DNA of 64,000 nucleotides, taken from the IMG/VR virus record IMGVR_UViG_3300028653_000014, positions 19,070-83,069 of that record. One strand, written 5' to 3'. Of the stretch, positions 1-10,377 are shown in pieces. Below the pieces are notes generated by a model, which saw only the letters and a list, made by a program, of their open reading frames with translations, had not been told where the DNA came from and ran no database searches. The number at the start of each line of letters is the position of its first letter. Position 1 is the first letter of the stretch. This stretch comes from a virus. The position numbers and the translations under genes were made by a program.

Positions 1-996
1 GCCGCCGCTGCCCATCAGTTGGATGTAGTCAACCGCGACCATGCCAAGATCCGGATGCTTCGTCTTCAGGCGCCGCGCCTTCGACCGGAGTTCCGTGACG
101 GTGATCCCGGCTGACTCCTCGACGAACATCGGGGCGTTCGCGATCCGGCCGGACGCGTTCAGGACGCGCTCCCAGTCGTCGCCGTCGAGCCGCATCGGGG
201 TCTGTATGTGCTGCGAGTCGACGGCCGCCTCGGACGACAGGAGCCGTTGCGACACCTCCCACCGGCTCATCTCCAGGGTGAACAGCGCGACCGGGGTCGG
301 CGGGTCGATCCGGAGCGTGGAGTGCGCGAGCATCCCGAGAACCATCGCCGACTTCCCTATCGAGGGGCGAGCCGCGATCACGATCAGATTTCCCGGGTGG
401 AGACCCGAGGTCATCCGGTCGATCTCGGTGTAGCCGGTCGGCACCCCGATCACGGCCTTACCCGCCGCGGCCAACTCCTGCAGTCGCTGGACCGTCTCCG
501 TCATCATCTGGGAGGCGGTCACGAACTCGTGGCGGCGCGAGCGGGCCTGCGACAACTCGAACACCATCCCCTCCGCACGTTCGACCAGGTCGCCGATCTC
601 GCCGGGCCGTTCGTAGCCGAGCCGTGCGATGTCGGACCCGGCACGGATCAGGCCGCGCAGGGTTGCCATCTCGTGGACGATCCGGGCGTAGTGGGCCGCG
701 TTCGACGTGGCCGGGACGATGCCCGCCAACTCGTAGACGCGCGCCTCCCCGCCGACCGCCTCCGTCTTGCCGAGCTTCGCCAACTCGTCAACGACGGTGA
801 TCTGGTCGACCGGGTCGCCACGGCCGTGCATCGCCAACATCACGTCGAACAGGGCACCGTGGCTCTGCCGGTAGAAGTCGACCGGGGTGACGAGTTCGGT
901 GCAGACGCCGAGCGCGGACGGCGACAGCAGCGACGCGCCGAGCACGTGTTCTTCGGCAGCGAGATCCTGAGGTGCGGGCGGGGCCTTCTCAGGCAT
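1..996 (-). CDS. dnaB: Replicative DNA helicase DnaB (runs off the window edge)
   Basis: Manual translation from ATG 996: MPEKAPPAPQDLAAEEHVLGASLL...DFYRQSH...VPATSNAAHYARIV...LIVIAARPSIGKS (Walker A). Confidence 0.95.
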   Translation of the reverse strand, partial: MPEKAPPAPQDLAAEEHVLGASLLSPSALGVCTELVTPVDFYRQSHGALFDVMLAMHGRGDPVDQITVVDELAKLGKTEAVGGEARVYELAGIVPATSNAAHYARIVHEMATLRGLIRAGSDIARLGYERPGEIGDLVERAEGMVFELSQARSRRHEFVTASQMMTETVQRLQELAAAGKAVIGVPTGYTEIDRMTSGLHPGNLIVIAARPSIGKSAMVLGMLAHSTLRIDPPTPVALFTLEMSRWEVSQRLLSSEAAVDSQHIQTPMRLDGDDWERVLNASGRIANAPMFVEESAGITVTELRSKARRLKTKHPDLGMVAVDYIQLMGSGG

Positions 997-1873
997 CCGG
1001 GAACGCCGCCATCTGCGCCGCTGACAAGCCGCCTTTGCCGTTCAGGTTAGGCATCTGCTCCAAACCTAGCCAGTAGGACTGGAGCGACAGAGCCGTCATC
1101 ATCCCGGCAACCTTCGCCGGGTACATCGCCGCCTTGGCGCGTATCGCCGACGCCAGCGCCGCCGCGAACACATCTGGCTCCTCGTGGCAGCGAGCACACC
1201 AGTTCGTTCCGCGCGCCTCATCCTCTCGGACGCATTCCACCCAGAACTGCGCGATGATGCCCTGCGTCGTCTTGCCGCCGTACAGCGCCGTGGTCGTCCG
1301 ATCCCGTGACGCTTTGCTCGCCAGGTCTGTTCCCGGCACCACTTCGGCTAGGGCGTCGAGCGGCAGGTTTCTGCCGTTGACGCGGGGTATCTTCGGTGGG
1401 GTATCGAGCGCGGCGTCAGCCGCTATCTCTTGCCTTTGCTCTTGATCTTGCACTTGAACTTCTTCTTTTCCAGACAAGGATCGCGCGTGAGGTTCCTCAT
1501 CGGTGAGGGTAGACGCATGGGTGCGTCCAGGGGGATCAACGAGCGCCCAGACGTTCGGCAGGTTGACCTTGCCGACCTTCTGGACGTCAATCTCCAGAAC
1601 GCCTATCTCGGCGAACTCGTTGACGTATCGGTCGAGTGTGGCAAGCGACACACCGGCCTGCTCAGCGATCTCCTTCCGCGTTGCGGAGAACCCGTCACGG
1701 GCCGCAGCGCCGCCTTTCGAGTTAGCCGTCTCGGTGAACACCAGATAGATGCCCAGAGCGGTGCTGAGTCGTGCTGCCGCGAAGTGCTCACGTACGGCTT
1801 TTAGAGCATCGAGGCTTTGGTAGCAGAAGGCCGGTCTACGCCTGTCCGTTACGGCGGAGGGTTGCGCGCTCAT
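989..1873 (-). CDS. Phage replication initiator, HTH type
   Basis: FSATRKEIAEQAGVSLATLDRYVNEF is HTH-like; lies directly upstream of dnaB; ATG 1873 overlaps the upstream stop (ATGA). Confidence 0.7.
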   Translation of the reverse strand: MSAQPSAVTDRRRPAFCYQSLDALKAVREHFAAARLSTALGIYLVFTETANSKGGAAARDGFSATRKEIAEQAGVSLATLDRYVNEFAEIGVLEIDVQKVGKVNLPNVWALVDPPGRTHASTLTDEEPHARSLSGKEEVQVQDQEQRQEIAADAALDTPPKIPRVNGRNLPLDALAEVVPGTDLASKASRDRTTTALYGGKTTQGIIAQFWVECVREDEARGTNWCARCHEEPDVFAAALASAIRAKAAMYPAKVAGMMTALSLQSYWLGLEQMPNLNGKGGLSAAQMAAFPDA

Positions 1874-2445
1874 TGGGGGCGCGACTTCGGTCGGTGAGCG
1901 CCACCGTGAAAGTGGATTGCAGAATGACACGGCCGACAGAGGACGATGAGGTCTTCGCGGTCCTCCTTGCCGACGTTCGCATAGTCGCGATGGTGGACAT
2001 TGAGTGATCGACCGCTGCCGCACGTGGCGCACTTCCCTTTCGCTCTATCGAGTGCCCACTTTCTCTGCTTCGACCATTCCGGTGAAGATAGGTAGTCCCC
2101 GTACTGCATCGCCCGCAGTTCACCAACGCGCTCACTGGACCCGTCCCCCATAGAGGCAAGGGGTGAGTAGACGGATAGTTGCTCATCGACAGCGATGAGC
2201 GCCTGGTTGTAACTCTCGCTGCTATACGGGTCATCCTCGGTCGCGAAAAGGAACTGGTACGTGAGGAAGGCGCTGCAAAGATTCGAGTCGGCGGTGATCT
2301 CCAGCCACGTCCGCCACGCGCCGTCTTCGCGCGTCGGCTCGTAACCGAATCGCTGAACGAAATCAGCTACTAACGAGTCAATCGGGGATCCGTAATCGTG
2401 CCCAGTGAGTGGCGTGCGCTCACTGTCAGCCGGTGCCTGTGGCAT
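1870..2445 (-). CDS. HNH endonuclease
   Basis: CATCG...LNVHHRDY...DLIVLCRPCH. Confidence 0.85.
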   Translation of the reverse strand: MPQAPADSERTPLTGHDYGSPIDSLVADFVQRFGYEPTREDGAWRTWLEITADSNLCSAFLTYQFLFATEDDPYSSESYNQALIAVDEQLSVYSPLASMGDGSSERVGELRAMQYGDYLSSPEWSKQRKWALDRAKGKCATCGSGRSLNVHHRDYANVGKEDREDLIVLCRPCHSAIHFHGGAHRPKSRPQ

Positions 2446-2471
2446 ACTCTTACCTCTCGATCGGTTGTTTT

Positions 2472-2509
2472 GAAAAGAGTCGCCTACTGGAGAGCGGGCG
2501 GCTCTTTTC
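2472..2509. terminator. Hairpin, possible intrinsic terminator or attenuator
   Basis: GAAAAGAGTCGCC...GGCGGCTCTTTTC inverted repeat with A/T-rich ends. Confidence 0.6.
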
Positions 2510-2587
2510 GTTTCTTAGGGGCGCCAGTATCGCACGACGCCCGGCGGAAGTCTACGGGACCCGTGAACAGAAGATGCCGCACGGAGC

Positions 2588-2605
2588 GGTCACGCGGGCG
2601 TTACC
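2588..2605. repeat. 18-bp dispersed pseudo-palindrome, copy 1
   Basis: GGTCACGCGGGCGTTACC. Confidence 0.85.
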
Positions 2606-2848
2606 CGAGGATGCGCTGCTTGCCGGGTGCGAGATAGTGGTACGTCTCCCACCACCCGTCACAGCCGGGACGTGCGCAGACGCGCCACGACTCCATCAGC
2701 GCACCGATGTTCGGGTCGTAGTCGTGTCTCTCCGGCCCCCACTTGTGGCCGAGGAGACGACACCGCCACGTCTTGACCGGGTACGAGAGTACGTAGAGGG
2801 CATCGCGCCAGCCCGCATCCCGTGACCAACGCAGGAAGGCAATCGGCC

Positions 2849-3190
2849 TCACGTCTCCGCCATGCAGTCGCACTCCTTACCGGCGTGGTCTTCGACCTCG
2901 TGAACGCGCTTCCACAGCCGAAAGTAAACCGGCCCTATCTCGTCCGGCAGTTCGCCGCCTGGAGGCAGTTCCCCGTCTGCAAGCTCGACGTCGCGATCAA
3001 GCAGCGCCGTCCTCACGTCGAGGAACTCCTCCGCCTCGACGCAGTCGTCCGAGTCGACCAGCATCCGTTTCGCCTGCCCGCGCGTCTCCGCGATGAAGAT
3101 CCCGCACGGCACGTAGAACTCGCCCGGGTCGGGCCGCTCGTAGCTCATCCCGGCCGTGCGCCCTTCCAGATGGCACCAGTAGGCGTTCAC
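2849..3190 (-). CDS. Hypothetical phage protein
   Basis: Part of a chain of stop/start-overlapping small ORFs (2601-4313). Confidence 0.6.
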   Translation of the reverse strand: MNAYWCHLEGRTAGMSYERPDPGEFYVPCGIFIAETRGQAKRMLVDSDDCVEAEEFLDVRTALLDRDVELADGELPPGGELPDEIGPVYFRLWKRVHEVEDHAGKECDCMAET

Positions 3191-3392
3191 AGGATTCTCT
3201 CCCAGGCCGACTGCTCCTCACACGATCTGCACAGACACCCGAGCATCCCACGCGCGTGATCCCAGCAGAAGCAGCCGCGCAGGGGACTCAGGTCGCCCCA
3301 GATACGAACGGCAGCCGCCTCTCCGCAGCCGCCCATTTGGCAGACAGTCAGAACAGCCACCTCGGCATTCGCTATGGCAGCAGACCTTTCGT

Positions 3393-3605
3393 TCACGGCT
3401 TCCTCATGTCCGCCAGCGCCCGGGTCAGGTCAAGCGATGCACGCTTCGCCGCCGACGCCTCCTTCGACCCGCTGATCGACAGATACTGGGGATGCTCATG
3501 GGAGCGGTAGCGCACTTCCAACTCGTCGACGCGGGCCACGAAGCGGAGCGCCTCCTCGCGCGCCCGCGCGTACTTCGACGGCATCAGAACCACCCGGTCG
3601 CTCAC
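3393..3605 (-). CDS. Hypothetical phage protein
   Basis: Coupled small ORF (...SAAKRASLDLTRALADMRKP). Confidence 0.6.
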   Translation of the reverse strand: MSDRVVLMPSKYARAREEALRFVARVDELEVRYRSHEHPQYLSISGSKEASAAKRASLDLTRALADMRKP

Positions 3606-4309
3606 GTCTTCGCCTCCTCTTTCGGACGTTCGATGCCGGGCGCGTACCGCTCCTCGCGATACAGGAACGTCGAGAGGAAATCCTCGATCTCCTCCGCCGA
3701 CAGGCCGCGCTCCGCGAGTGAACGCTTCATCACATAGGGCGTGTGCGCCCAGTAGCGGAAACAGTCGCTGCGGTGCCGTTGCGGTGCGTGGAAGTGGAAC
3801 GTCAACCAGACATGCTTCGCCCGGTCGGCGGCTTCAACGTCCCACGGGATACGCAGTTCGCAGACGAGGTCCTCGTCACGCAGATGGGTCGTCGCTCGCT
3901 CCTCGACCGTCATGCCGACGAGATAAGCGCACCCGTCGCAACTGATCGCGGGCTTCGTGACCGTGGTCTTCATGACCCCACCCGCGATGCCGCGTAGACG
4001 CCCTTTCGTGCCACCCACACGTCGACCATCAGCGCCGACGTCCGGTAGTCCAGACCGCCGTCAGGGTCGCCGCCGACGCCGCAGAAGTGAGCGTGGTCGA
4101 TCAGATGGCCGATCCCGCCGAGCACCGAACGGAGCGAGCACTCACGGTGCGCGTCGACGTTGTTGATGTCGGCGCGGTCCTCGTCGGGCAAGACCGGCTC
4201 GTCACAGAGATAGCACCTCATGATCGCCTCCACCCGTCGCGTATGACGATCTGGAAGACGTTCCCGGAGCAGAAGCCGAGCCACGCTCCGACGAGCAGCG
4301 CGACGGCGA

Positions 4310-5236
4310 TCATGACGCCTCCTCGCCGAACGGGATCTCATCCGCCGCGGCCTGCTCACTCGGAGAGAGGCCTGGTAGCCCGCCGCCGGGTGCGTAATGA
4401 CCGAACACGGGCCGCTCGTCCTCGTCGGGACTCATCCGCCACTCAGGCCCCGGCAGCGAGATACCGTCCAGGACGGCCGCCCACGCCTTCTGCACGTCCG
4501 TACGGGACACAGGAGGCATCTGGGCCGGGTCGACCGCTTCACGCAACGCCACAACCGCGGCGGCGGCCTTGGCGCCCAGTTCGGCCTTCTGCTCGCCCGT
4601 GAGCGCCGACGACTCGCGCACCTTGTAGAGAAGCTCGGACGCGTCCTGCACCCAGACGGGCCAGCCGAGCGAGTCACCGTACACGGCGGCCCACTCGAAA
4701 ATCTCCGGCCACGACTTCGGCGCCGCGGGCTTCGCTGCACGTCCTCGGCCGCGAGTCTCCTCTGCCGTCTCGCCGTCAGGGTCGGCGAACTCCTTGCTGG
4801 ATACCGCGAACGACTGCGCGAGCATCGACTTGAACGCCATCGTCATCGCTTTCGACGTCGCCTTGTCGCCCATATCGGTGCCCTCACCGTACGACGACCC
4901 CTCCACGAAATCCCCGGCGGCCCCGTAGAACCGATATCCGACGTGCAGGCTGACCTCGTACATCGTCTTGCCCTGACCGGTCGTCCGTTCGCTCGTGACG
5001 CGCTCCAGGATCGTCGGCAAGCAGAACACGCCGTGCTTCGCGAGGAGCGGGTTCAGCGCGTTCATCACATCGTCGTGCCCGCGGAACATGAAGTTCTGTT
5101 GCTCGTTTCGACTGTCCTTCCCGATCGCCGGTAGCTCCGCGAGCACCGCCCACATCCGCTGGTAAATAGTGCGATCGTCGAACGCAGGCTCTCTCCACGG
5201 GGTAACGATCTCCTCCACCATCACAGACTCAGTCAT
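4310..5236 (-). CDS. ERF-family ssDNA annealing protein
   Basis: IGKDSRNEQQNFMFRGHDDVMNALNPLLAKHG...GEGTDMGDKATSKAMTMAFK; start at ATG 5236 overlapping the upstream stop. Confidence 0.85.
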   Translation of the reverse strand: MTESVMVEEIVTPWREPAFDDRTIYQRMWAVLAELPAIGKDSRNEQQNFMFRGHDDVMNALNPLLAKHGVFCLPTILERVTSERTTGQGKTMYEVSLHVGYRFYGAAGDFVEGSSYGEGTDMGDKATSKAMTMAFKSMLAQSFAVSSKEFADPDGETAEETRGRGRAAKPAAPKSWPEIFEWAAVYGDSLGWPVWVQDASELLYKVRESSALTGEQKAELGAKAAAAVVALREAVDPAQMPPVSRTDVQKAWAAVLDGISLPGPEWRMSPDEDERPVFGHYAPGGGLPGLSPSEQAAADEIPFGEEAS

Positions 5237-5553
5237 CTCTCCTCCGTCCGGTCGCGCCATACAAGCTCGACCAATCGTCTGTAGAGCGGCTGACTCATCA
5301 GCCACTGTTGCGGGGTCATCCGCTCGTGCGCGTCGAACTCCCGGTCGAACTCGTGGCTTGCCATCTCGGCGGTCGGGGCCGGGCCGTACAGATACTCGGA
5401 CGCCACCATGTCGTGCAGCGTGACCGCGTGCCTTCGTAGCCATCGTCTGACGTTGGCCCGGTGGGTCGGCTTCATCATGTCGAGACGTGTCCGGCAACCG
5501 TCGTTCGTCGTCCAGTACGTCGCCTGGGACAGCGTCTCGAACAGATCGGCCAT
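5233..5553 (-). CDS. Hypothetical phage protein
   Basis: Coupled ORF between ssb and ERF. Confidence 0.65.
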   Translation of the reverse strand: MADLFETLSQATYWTTNDGCRTRLDMMKPTHRANVRRWLRRHAVTLHDMVASEYLYGPAPTAEMASHEFDREFDAHERMTPQQWLMSQPLYRRLVELVWRDRTEER

Positions 5554-5933
5554 CAGAACGTTGCGTCTCCGAAGTCGGAACCGTCGGGCGCGTCGTCACG
5601 GCCCCGCGAGTTGAGGAACTGCACATTTTGCGCGACGACCTTGATCTTCGACCGTTTCTGGCCGTCCTTCTCCCAGCGGTCCTGCCGGATCTTGCCGTCG
5701 ACGCCGACGAGGCTGCCTTTGCCGAGATGCTGCGCGCACGCCTCCGCCTGCTTACCCCACACCGTCACGTCCACGAACGAGGCATAGTCCTGCCACTCCC
5801 CATCGACCTTCTCGCGGCTGTTCATCGCGATCGAGAACTCACAGACGGCCGTGTTGTTCCCCGCCGTGTACTTCACGTCGAAGTCGCGCGTGATGTGGCC
5901 GATCAACAGCACACGGTTAATCCCCTGAGGCAT
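5553..5933 (-). CDS. ssb: Single-stranded DNA-binding protein
   Basis: INRVLLIGHITRD...VWGKQAE...KGSLVGVDGKI; acidic C-terminus ending in F. Confidence 0.95.
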   Translation of the reverse strand: MPQGINRVLLIGHITRDFDVKYTAGNNTAVCEFSIAMNSREKVDGEWQDYASFVDVTVWGKQAEACAQHLGKGSLVGVDGKIRQDRWEKDGQKRSKIKVVAQNVQFLNSRGRDDAPDGSDFGDATF

Positions 5934-6156
5934 CAGATGGCTCCTTCCGTCGAGGTGAAGAGGGGCGGTCCGGAGCAGTTGTCACCCTGCGCGTTCAGCG
6001 TGCCCGCGGCGAACCGCGCATCTATGGTGACGCGCAGAGAGGGGTCGTCTTTGGCGCACGCGAATCTCTCTCTCATCACGAGGTACCGGCAGCAGGCGCT
6101 CCCCTTCCCGATCCTGCACACGTCCGTGACGTGCTGCGGCTCAATCGGTTGCGTCA

Positions 6157-6567
6157 TCAGCCGGTCGTCCTTTCGGGCAGGGCGGCGAGGAGTGGTTCGT
6201 CGCACACCCACTCGTAGTCCTCAACCGTCTCGGTCACCGTCACGACCGGCGCAGCCGGGTCGGGCATCTCTCTCGTGACTTCACGCGTGCCGGTCACGAC
6301 CTTGCGGCACACCGTGTCGCGATCGGTGAACGCCTCCACCGTCACGCCGCCGAAGTGGCGCTGCACGTTCATCCATTTGTCGTCCGCGCTCTTTGTGCCT
6401 TTACCGATCGCCCGGACGCTCTTGGCGAACTCCTCCGCGTTCATGGCGTAGAGACGGAAGAAAACGGTCGCGCTCAGCGCGAAGGTCTCCTCTTCGAGGA
6501 ACTCAGCGTTGGCGTCTACCCAGTCCGCGAAGTCGCGCAGCCCGGCGCTGTACTCAGAAGCGGTCAT
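6157..6567 (-). CDS. Hypothetical actinophage protein
   Basis: MTASEYSAGLRDFADW...RDTVCRKVVTGTREV...VEDYEWVC; SD GGAGG upstream. Confidence 0.65.
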   Translation of the reverse strand: MTASEYSAGLRDFADWVDANAEFLEEETFALSATVFFRLYAMNAEEFAKSVRAIGKGTKSADDKWMNVQRHFGGVTVEAFTDRDTVCRKVVTGTREVTREMPDPAAPVVTVTETVEDYEWVCDEPLLAALPERTTG

Positions 6568-7932
6568 GTCGTCGCCTCCTGTGCTCTGCGTTTCAGCCAC
6601 TCGTCGAGCGACCGTAGGACTGTCGGTTCGAGGATGATCGTGTTCGTCTCCGAGATGCCGTCCTCAGTGGTCAGCACGACGTCTCCGCCTTCCTCTTGCA
6701 CGTACACCGCGTCCCCGAGGTACTGCTTCTCCATCGACACCCCTCCCCACTTGATTAGGTAGCACGCTACCACATGGGAGGACGTGGCGCTACTCGTCGT
6801 CGAAGCTGAGGGACGAATGCCCGGCCAGCCACGCGCTCCTGAAAGCACTCCCGAAACCAGCACGATTCCTGTACGGGCACAAGTCACGCGGATTACCGGC
6901 CAGCGCCACCCGGGCACCCGCTAGATAAGCGCTCTGGAGAGGCTGTGAGCGGCTGTAGAGCCTTGCGGCGCGCTGGGACGCCCTAGCGATCTCTGAGTCG
7001 CTCACTCGTCCACCTGGGGCCGTACAGCGTCTCGGGCGCCCGATGCTTCACAGACGAACACGATCGCGCTCGTCGGGGTGCGGTCGCCCTCGTAGGCGAT
7101 GCCGCGCCCTGGGTCGTCGAGACGTGCCGCGAGCCGGTCGCAGTTCGCCTGGGTGCCCTCGTACACGATCTTCCGTTCCGGTGGCCCCTCGGTGAACTCC
7201 ATCAGGTAGCCGCACACCCAGTCGCCGTCAGGCACGACGCCTCCGGCGTACGCGTGACCATCTCAGCCGTCGAAGCCCGTTGCAGAACAGTCTCCGCCGC
7301 CACGGGACGTCCGCGCCGAAGAACAGCGTTCCCCAGCCGTAGTACGGCGGACCCGCAACGCAGCCGTCAGCAGGATGCGTTCCCGGTTCGCAGTCGCAAC
7401 AGTCGCACCAGTGCGGCCCCTTATGGCCGTGCGGCCGTTCGCAGCCATGCGACCCCCAGAAGACCCGGCAGCCCCGCACGTGACCGTCCGGGTTCGCGTA
7501 CCCGGAGTAACGGGTCGCCGCCTCGTCGCTCTCGTCGAACCAGACCATCGAGGAACGAACATCGTCGGGAGCGCAAGTGGGCGGGACGTCGGTCAAGCGT
7601 TCGGCCTGAACGTCGGCGCCGCGTCGGTTGTCCGACGTCCCGCCCACTTGCGCTCACCGCACTGGCAGCGGCCCGGCACCGACGCGAACACATGCACGTA
7701 GTCGGAGCAGCGCCTCTGCACCTGACCGTCGCTCCACCGCGGCGCGTCCTCGGCGTCGAGCGGACGCCGCTGGAACGGGATCACGTTGTACACCACCCCG
7801 GCCTGGTCTTGCGTCGCCCGCATGTAGCAGGTCGGCGATCGGTCCCAGTCGCCGTGGCAGTAGCGCACGTCACCGATCGACGCGAGTCCCGCCGCCGGTT
7901 CCTTCCCGCACAGCCCACACTGTTCGCTCACG

Positions 7933-7950
7933 GGTAGCAGCCTACCACCC
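7933..7950 (-). promoter_or_regulatory. Extended -10 promoter (TGG-TAGGCT), probably leaderless; identical 18-mer at 58983-59000
   Basis: GGTAGCAGCCTACCACCC on + strand; the -10 is 7 nt from GTG 7931. Confidence 0.6.
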
Positions 7951-8093
7951 TGGCCCGAACCGTGCTAGGGTCGGCCGGTCACGAAATCGACACGAGGAGG
8001 ACAGAGCAGCCGCACCAGCACGTCGTAGGGCACGCTGACCGCCCCGCAGGCGCAACACCGGGCGGCCGTGCGACACCTTGACACTGGAGAGAC

Positions 8094-8519
8094 TTGAAAC
8101 TCACGCTTGCAATCCTGGCCGTAACCGTCGCGGCCCTAACCCTGACGGTGAACGCAACACCGGCAAGCACCCACGCCATCGCCCGCTCGCCGCATAAACA
8201 CCGCCCAGCACATCACGGCTGGCACGCCCCTCCCTCTTGGCTCGTCGGCGCAATCTGCGTCCACGAACACGAGTCAGGCGACTGGCACTACGGCCCTGCA
8301 CATCATCCCTCAACCGGGGCATCGTGGAACGGGTATTACAACGGTTTCCAGTTCACCCTCGGCACCTTCGAGCGGGCCGAACGCCTCACCGGCATCCACG
8401 CCGACCCCGAGTGGGCACCTATCCCCGTTCAGGTCAGGCTCGCGTACGCGATCTGGCACTCAGATGGCGGCTCGTGGAGGGAGTGGCCGACAAGTTCGCG
8501 GCTCTGCGGCCTCCGCTGA
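8094..8519 (+). CDS. Secreted Rpf-like (resuscitation-promoting factor) transglycosylase
   Basis: Signal peptide MKLTLAILAVTVAALTL; C..HESG, YYNGFQFTLGTF, QVRLA, W..WP...CG. Confidence 0.8.
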   Translation: MKLTLAILAVTVAALTLTVNATPASTHAIARSPHKHRPAHHGWHAPPSWLVGAICVHEHESGDWHYGPAHHPSTGASWNGYYNGFQFTLGTFERAERLTGIHADPEWAPIPVQVRLAYAIWHSDGGSWREWPTSSRLCGLR

Positions 8520-8537
8520 ACTAACGCGCGCGTGACC
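8520..8537. repeat. 18-bp pseudo-palindrome, copy 2
   Basis: ACTAACGCGCGCGTGACC. Confidence 0.85.
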
Positions 8538-8580
8538 CGGGACGTCGTGTCGTCCGGCGCAGTCGCCATGATGCTGAGCC

Positions 8581-9105
8581 GTGAGCGACGACGGGGCCTC
8601 GCCGTTCCAGCCCGGGAGCCGGGTCCGTGAATGCGCGACCGGTCAAACCGGCGTCGTCCACACGTACATCGTCACGACCGGGGCCATGCTCGTCCTGCCC
8701 GACGGCGGCGTCCTCACGATCACGACAGTCGAACTGTGGGAGGACGAAGCCGACCCGTACGTCGTCGAGACGGTGCCGCTCGCACGGGTGCTGGAAGAGT
8801 TCGTGACGAACTGGCGGAAGACCCGGCCGTCGACCGCCGGTCAGTGGGGCAGCGACAACCGCGGCCCGAACCACGTCGAACCCCTGTCGGCCTTCGAGTA
8901 TCTGCACGAGCGCGGCGTCACCGACTACCAGATCCGGAAGGTGCGGGCGCCCGACAAGTTCCCGCACACCGAACTACGCGTCGCGGACTCGCTCGTGGCG
9001 GCGATCGGGATGCCGGAGATGTTCTACGACGGCACCCTGAACATCGCGCCGAACCCCGCCTCACCGCAGTCCCTGACGGGCAGCGGCGAACCCGAAGCCG
9101 CTTAG
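8581..9105 (+). CDS. Hypothetical protein with a possible XRE-like HTH in the C-terminal half
   Basis: AFEYLHERGVTDYQIRKVR...ELRVADSLVAAIG. Confidence 0.55.
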   Translation: MSDDGASPFQPGSRVRECATGQTGVVHTYIVTTGAMLVLPDGGVLTITTVELWEDEADPYVVETVPLARVLEEFVTNWRKTRPSTAGQWGSDNRGPNHVEPLSAFEYLHERGVTDYQIRKVRAPDKFPHTELRVADSLVAAIGMPEMFYDGTLNIAPNPASPQSLTGSGEPEAA

Positions 9106-9953
9106 ACCGGCAGCCTCACGTACACCAGGTCTGGTGCGCCGTGCGCGCGCTGGTACGCCGCCTGCCACGAGAGCGTGCTGTCCGACGGGTCCATCCGGCC
9201 GCCCATGTTGACGCATGACCAGTCGCCGTTCTTCAACTTGCTCCGCAGGATCGTGACGTGCGCACCCGCAGGCTTGGTCGGGCCGACGAACACCACCCAG
9301 TCGCCCGGCTGCGCCTGGTTCGCCGTGATGTGCGGCAGCGCCGAGAGAATCGCCCCGGTCGCGCCATCACTGTCGAACAGCGGCTGCTGCGGGCCGAAGA
9401 TCGGATGGGCCAGACCAGCATGGGCGCCGCACCCGATCGCGTGACCTGAACAATCGCACGAGAACCGCACGCTGCCGTCCCAGCGGAGCGGCGCAACACG
9501 GAACCAGTCGCGCTCGCCGGGATCTTCACCGATGAGTTCGCTGTACAGGAACAGACCCTTGTGTACGACCGTCAGGTCGGCGATCTGGAGGAACAGATTC
9601 CGGAGCCGCTGCTCCTCCAGCATGGTCGCCTCGAACGTCATCAGGTGGACGCCGAGCGCGTCGAAGTACGGCTCCAGAACCGTGTGGGCGGGCAGCGTGT
9701 AGATCGGGTCGCTCAGCAGCCCGTGTGCGCCCTTAAACGACGACAGCACCAACTGGGCCGCCTTACCGAACCCGTCGGTCTTCAGGCTCATCCCATGCGT
9801 CCCGTGCGCCCAGTCGGCCAGCGCACGCTTCACCGCCCGGCAGTCGAGACCACTCGCGCCCGGGCCGAACTGGCGCGGGTACGGGACCCTCAAACGAACC
9901 TCAACCGGCGGGGAAGGGTCACCCGCCGGTAGCACAGGCGTAGGCGTCGTCAT
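9102..9953 (-). CDS. Endolysin: peptidoglycan-binding N-terminus plus NlpC/P60-like Cys-His peptidase
   Basis: GASGLDCRAVKRAL...DGFG; DCSG...AQPGDWVVF...AHV; downstream of membrane genes. Confidence 0.75.
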   Translation of the reverse strand: MTTPTPVLPAGDPSPPVEVRLRVPYPRQFGPGASGLDCRAVKRALADWAHGTHGMSLKTDGFGKAAQLVLSSFKGAHGLLSDPIYTLPAHTVLEPYFDALGVHLMTFEATMLEEQRLRNLFLQIADLTVVHKGLFLYSELIGEDPGERDWFRVAPLRWDGSVRFSCDCSGHAIGCGAHAGLAHPIFGPQQPLFDSDGATGAILSALPHITANQAQPGDWVVFVGPTKPAGAHVTILRSKLKNGDWSCVNMGGRMDPSDSTLSWQAAYQRAHGAPDLVYVRLPV

Positions 9954-9957
9954 CTGG

Positions 9958-10173
9958 TCAGGCGTTCCGCCACGTCACGCCGCCGCCTTCGGGGCCGTAG
10001 TCGGACGGCTCACGGTGCGGGACGGACGTCAGGATGCCCGTCACGCCAACGATGGAGAGGTCGAGAACGTCCGGGCTGTGCTCCTTCACGACGAGCGCGT
10101 AGATGTTGCCGCCCTCGTCGTTCGGGCCGCTGCCGTCGTTGTAGAGAACGTACGTCGCTGCGGTTCCGATCAT
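9958..10173 (-). CDS. Hypothetical protein
   Basis: Small ORF with SD in the lysis region. Confidence 0.6.
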   Translation of the reverse strand: MIGTAATYVLYNDGSGPNDEGGNIYALVVKEHSPDVLDLSIVGVTGILTSVPHREPSDYGPEGGGVTWRNA

Positions 10174-10197
10174 GGTGCCCCTTCCGTCAGAGGTGCG

Positions 10198-10377
10198 TTA
10201 CTCCCACCAGTGAAGCAGAAGCGCGGCCGTGACGGCGACGAACCCGCCGTCGACCCAGGCGGCCTGATTCCCTGAATGGATCACCTCGTTGGTCGCGATC
10301 AGCAGCGCAACGACGAAACAGACGAGTGCTGAGAATACGGCCAGGAGGGACAGATTGTTGCGGCGTGTGACTGTCAT
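10198..10377 (-). CDS. Putative holin (59 aa, two TM segments)
   Basis: Manual translation: MTVTRRNNLSLLAVFSALVCFVVALLIATNEVIHSGNQAAWVDGGFVAVTAALLLHWWE; SD GGGAG. Confidence 0.6.
   Translation of the reverse strand: MTVTRRNNLSLLAVFSALVCFVVALLIATNEVIHSGNQAAWVDGGFVAVTAALLLHWWE

Noticed and set aside
7972-8093. Possible c-di-AMP (ydaO) riboswitch ahead of the Rpf-like gene
   Set aside because: I could not find the conserved ydaO segments; only a generic hairpin. An Infernal/Rfam scan would settle it.
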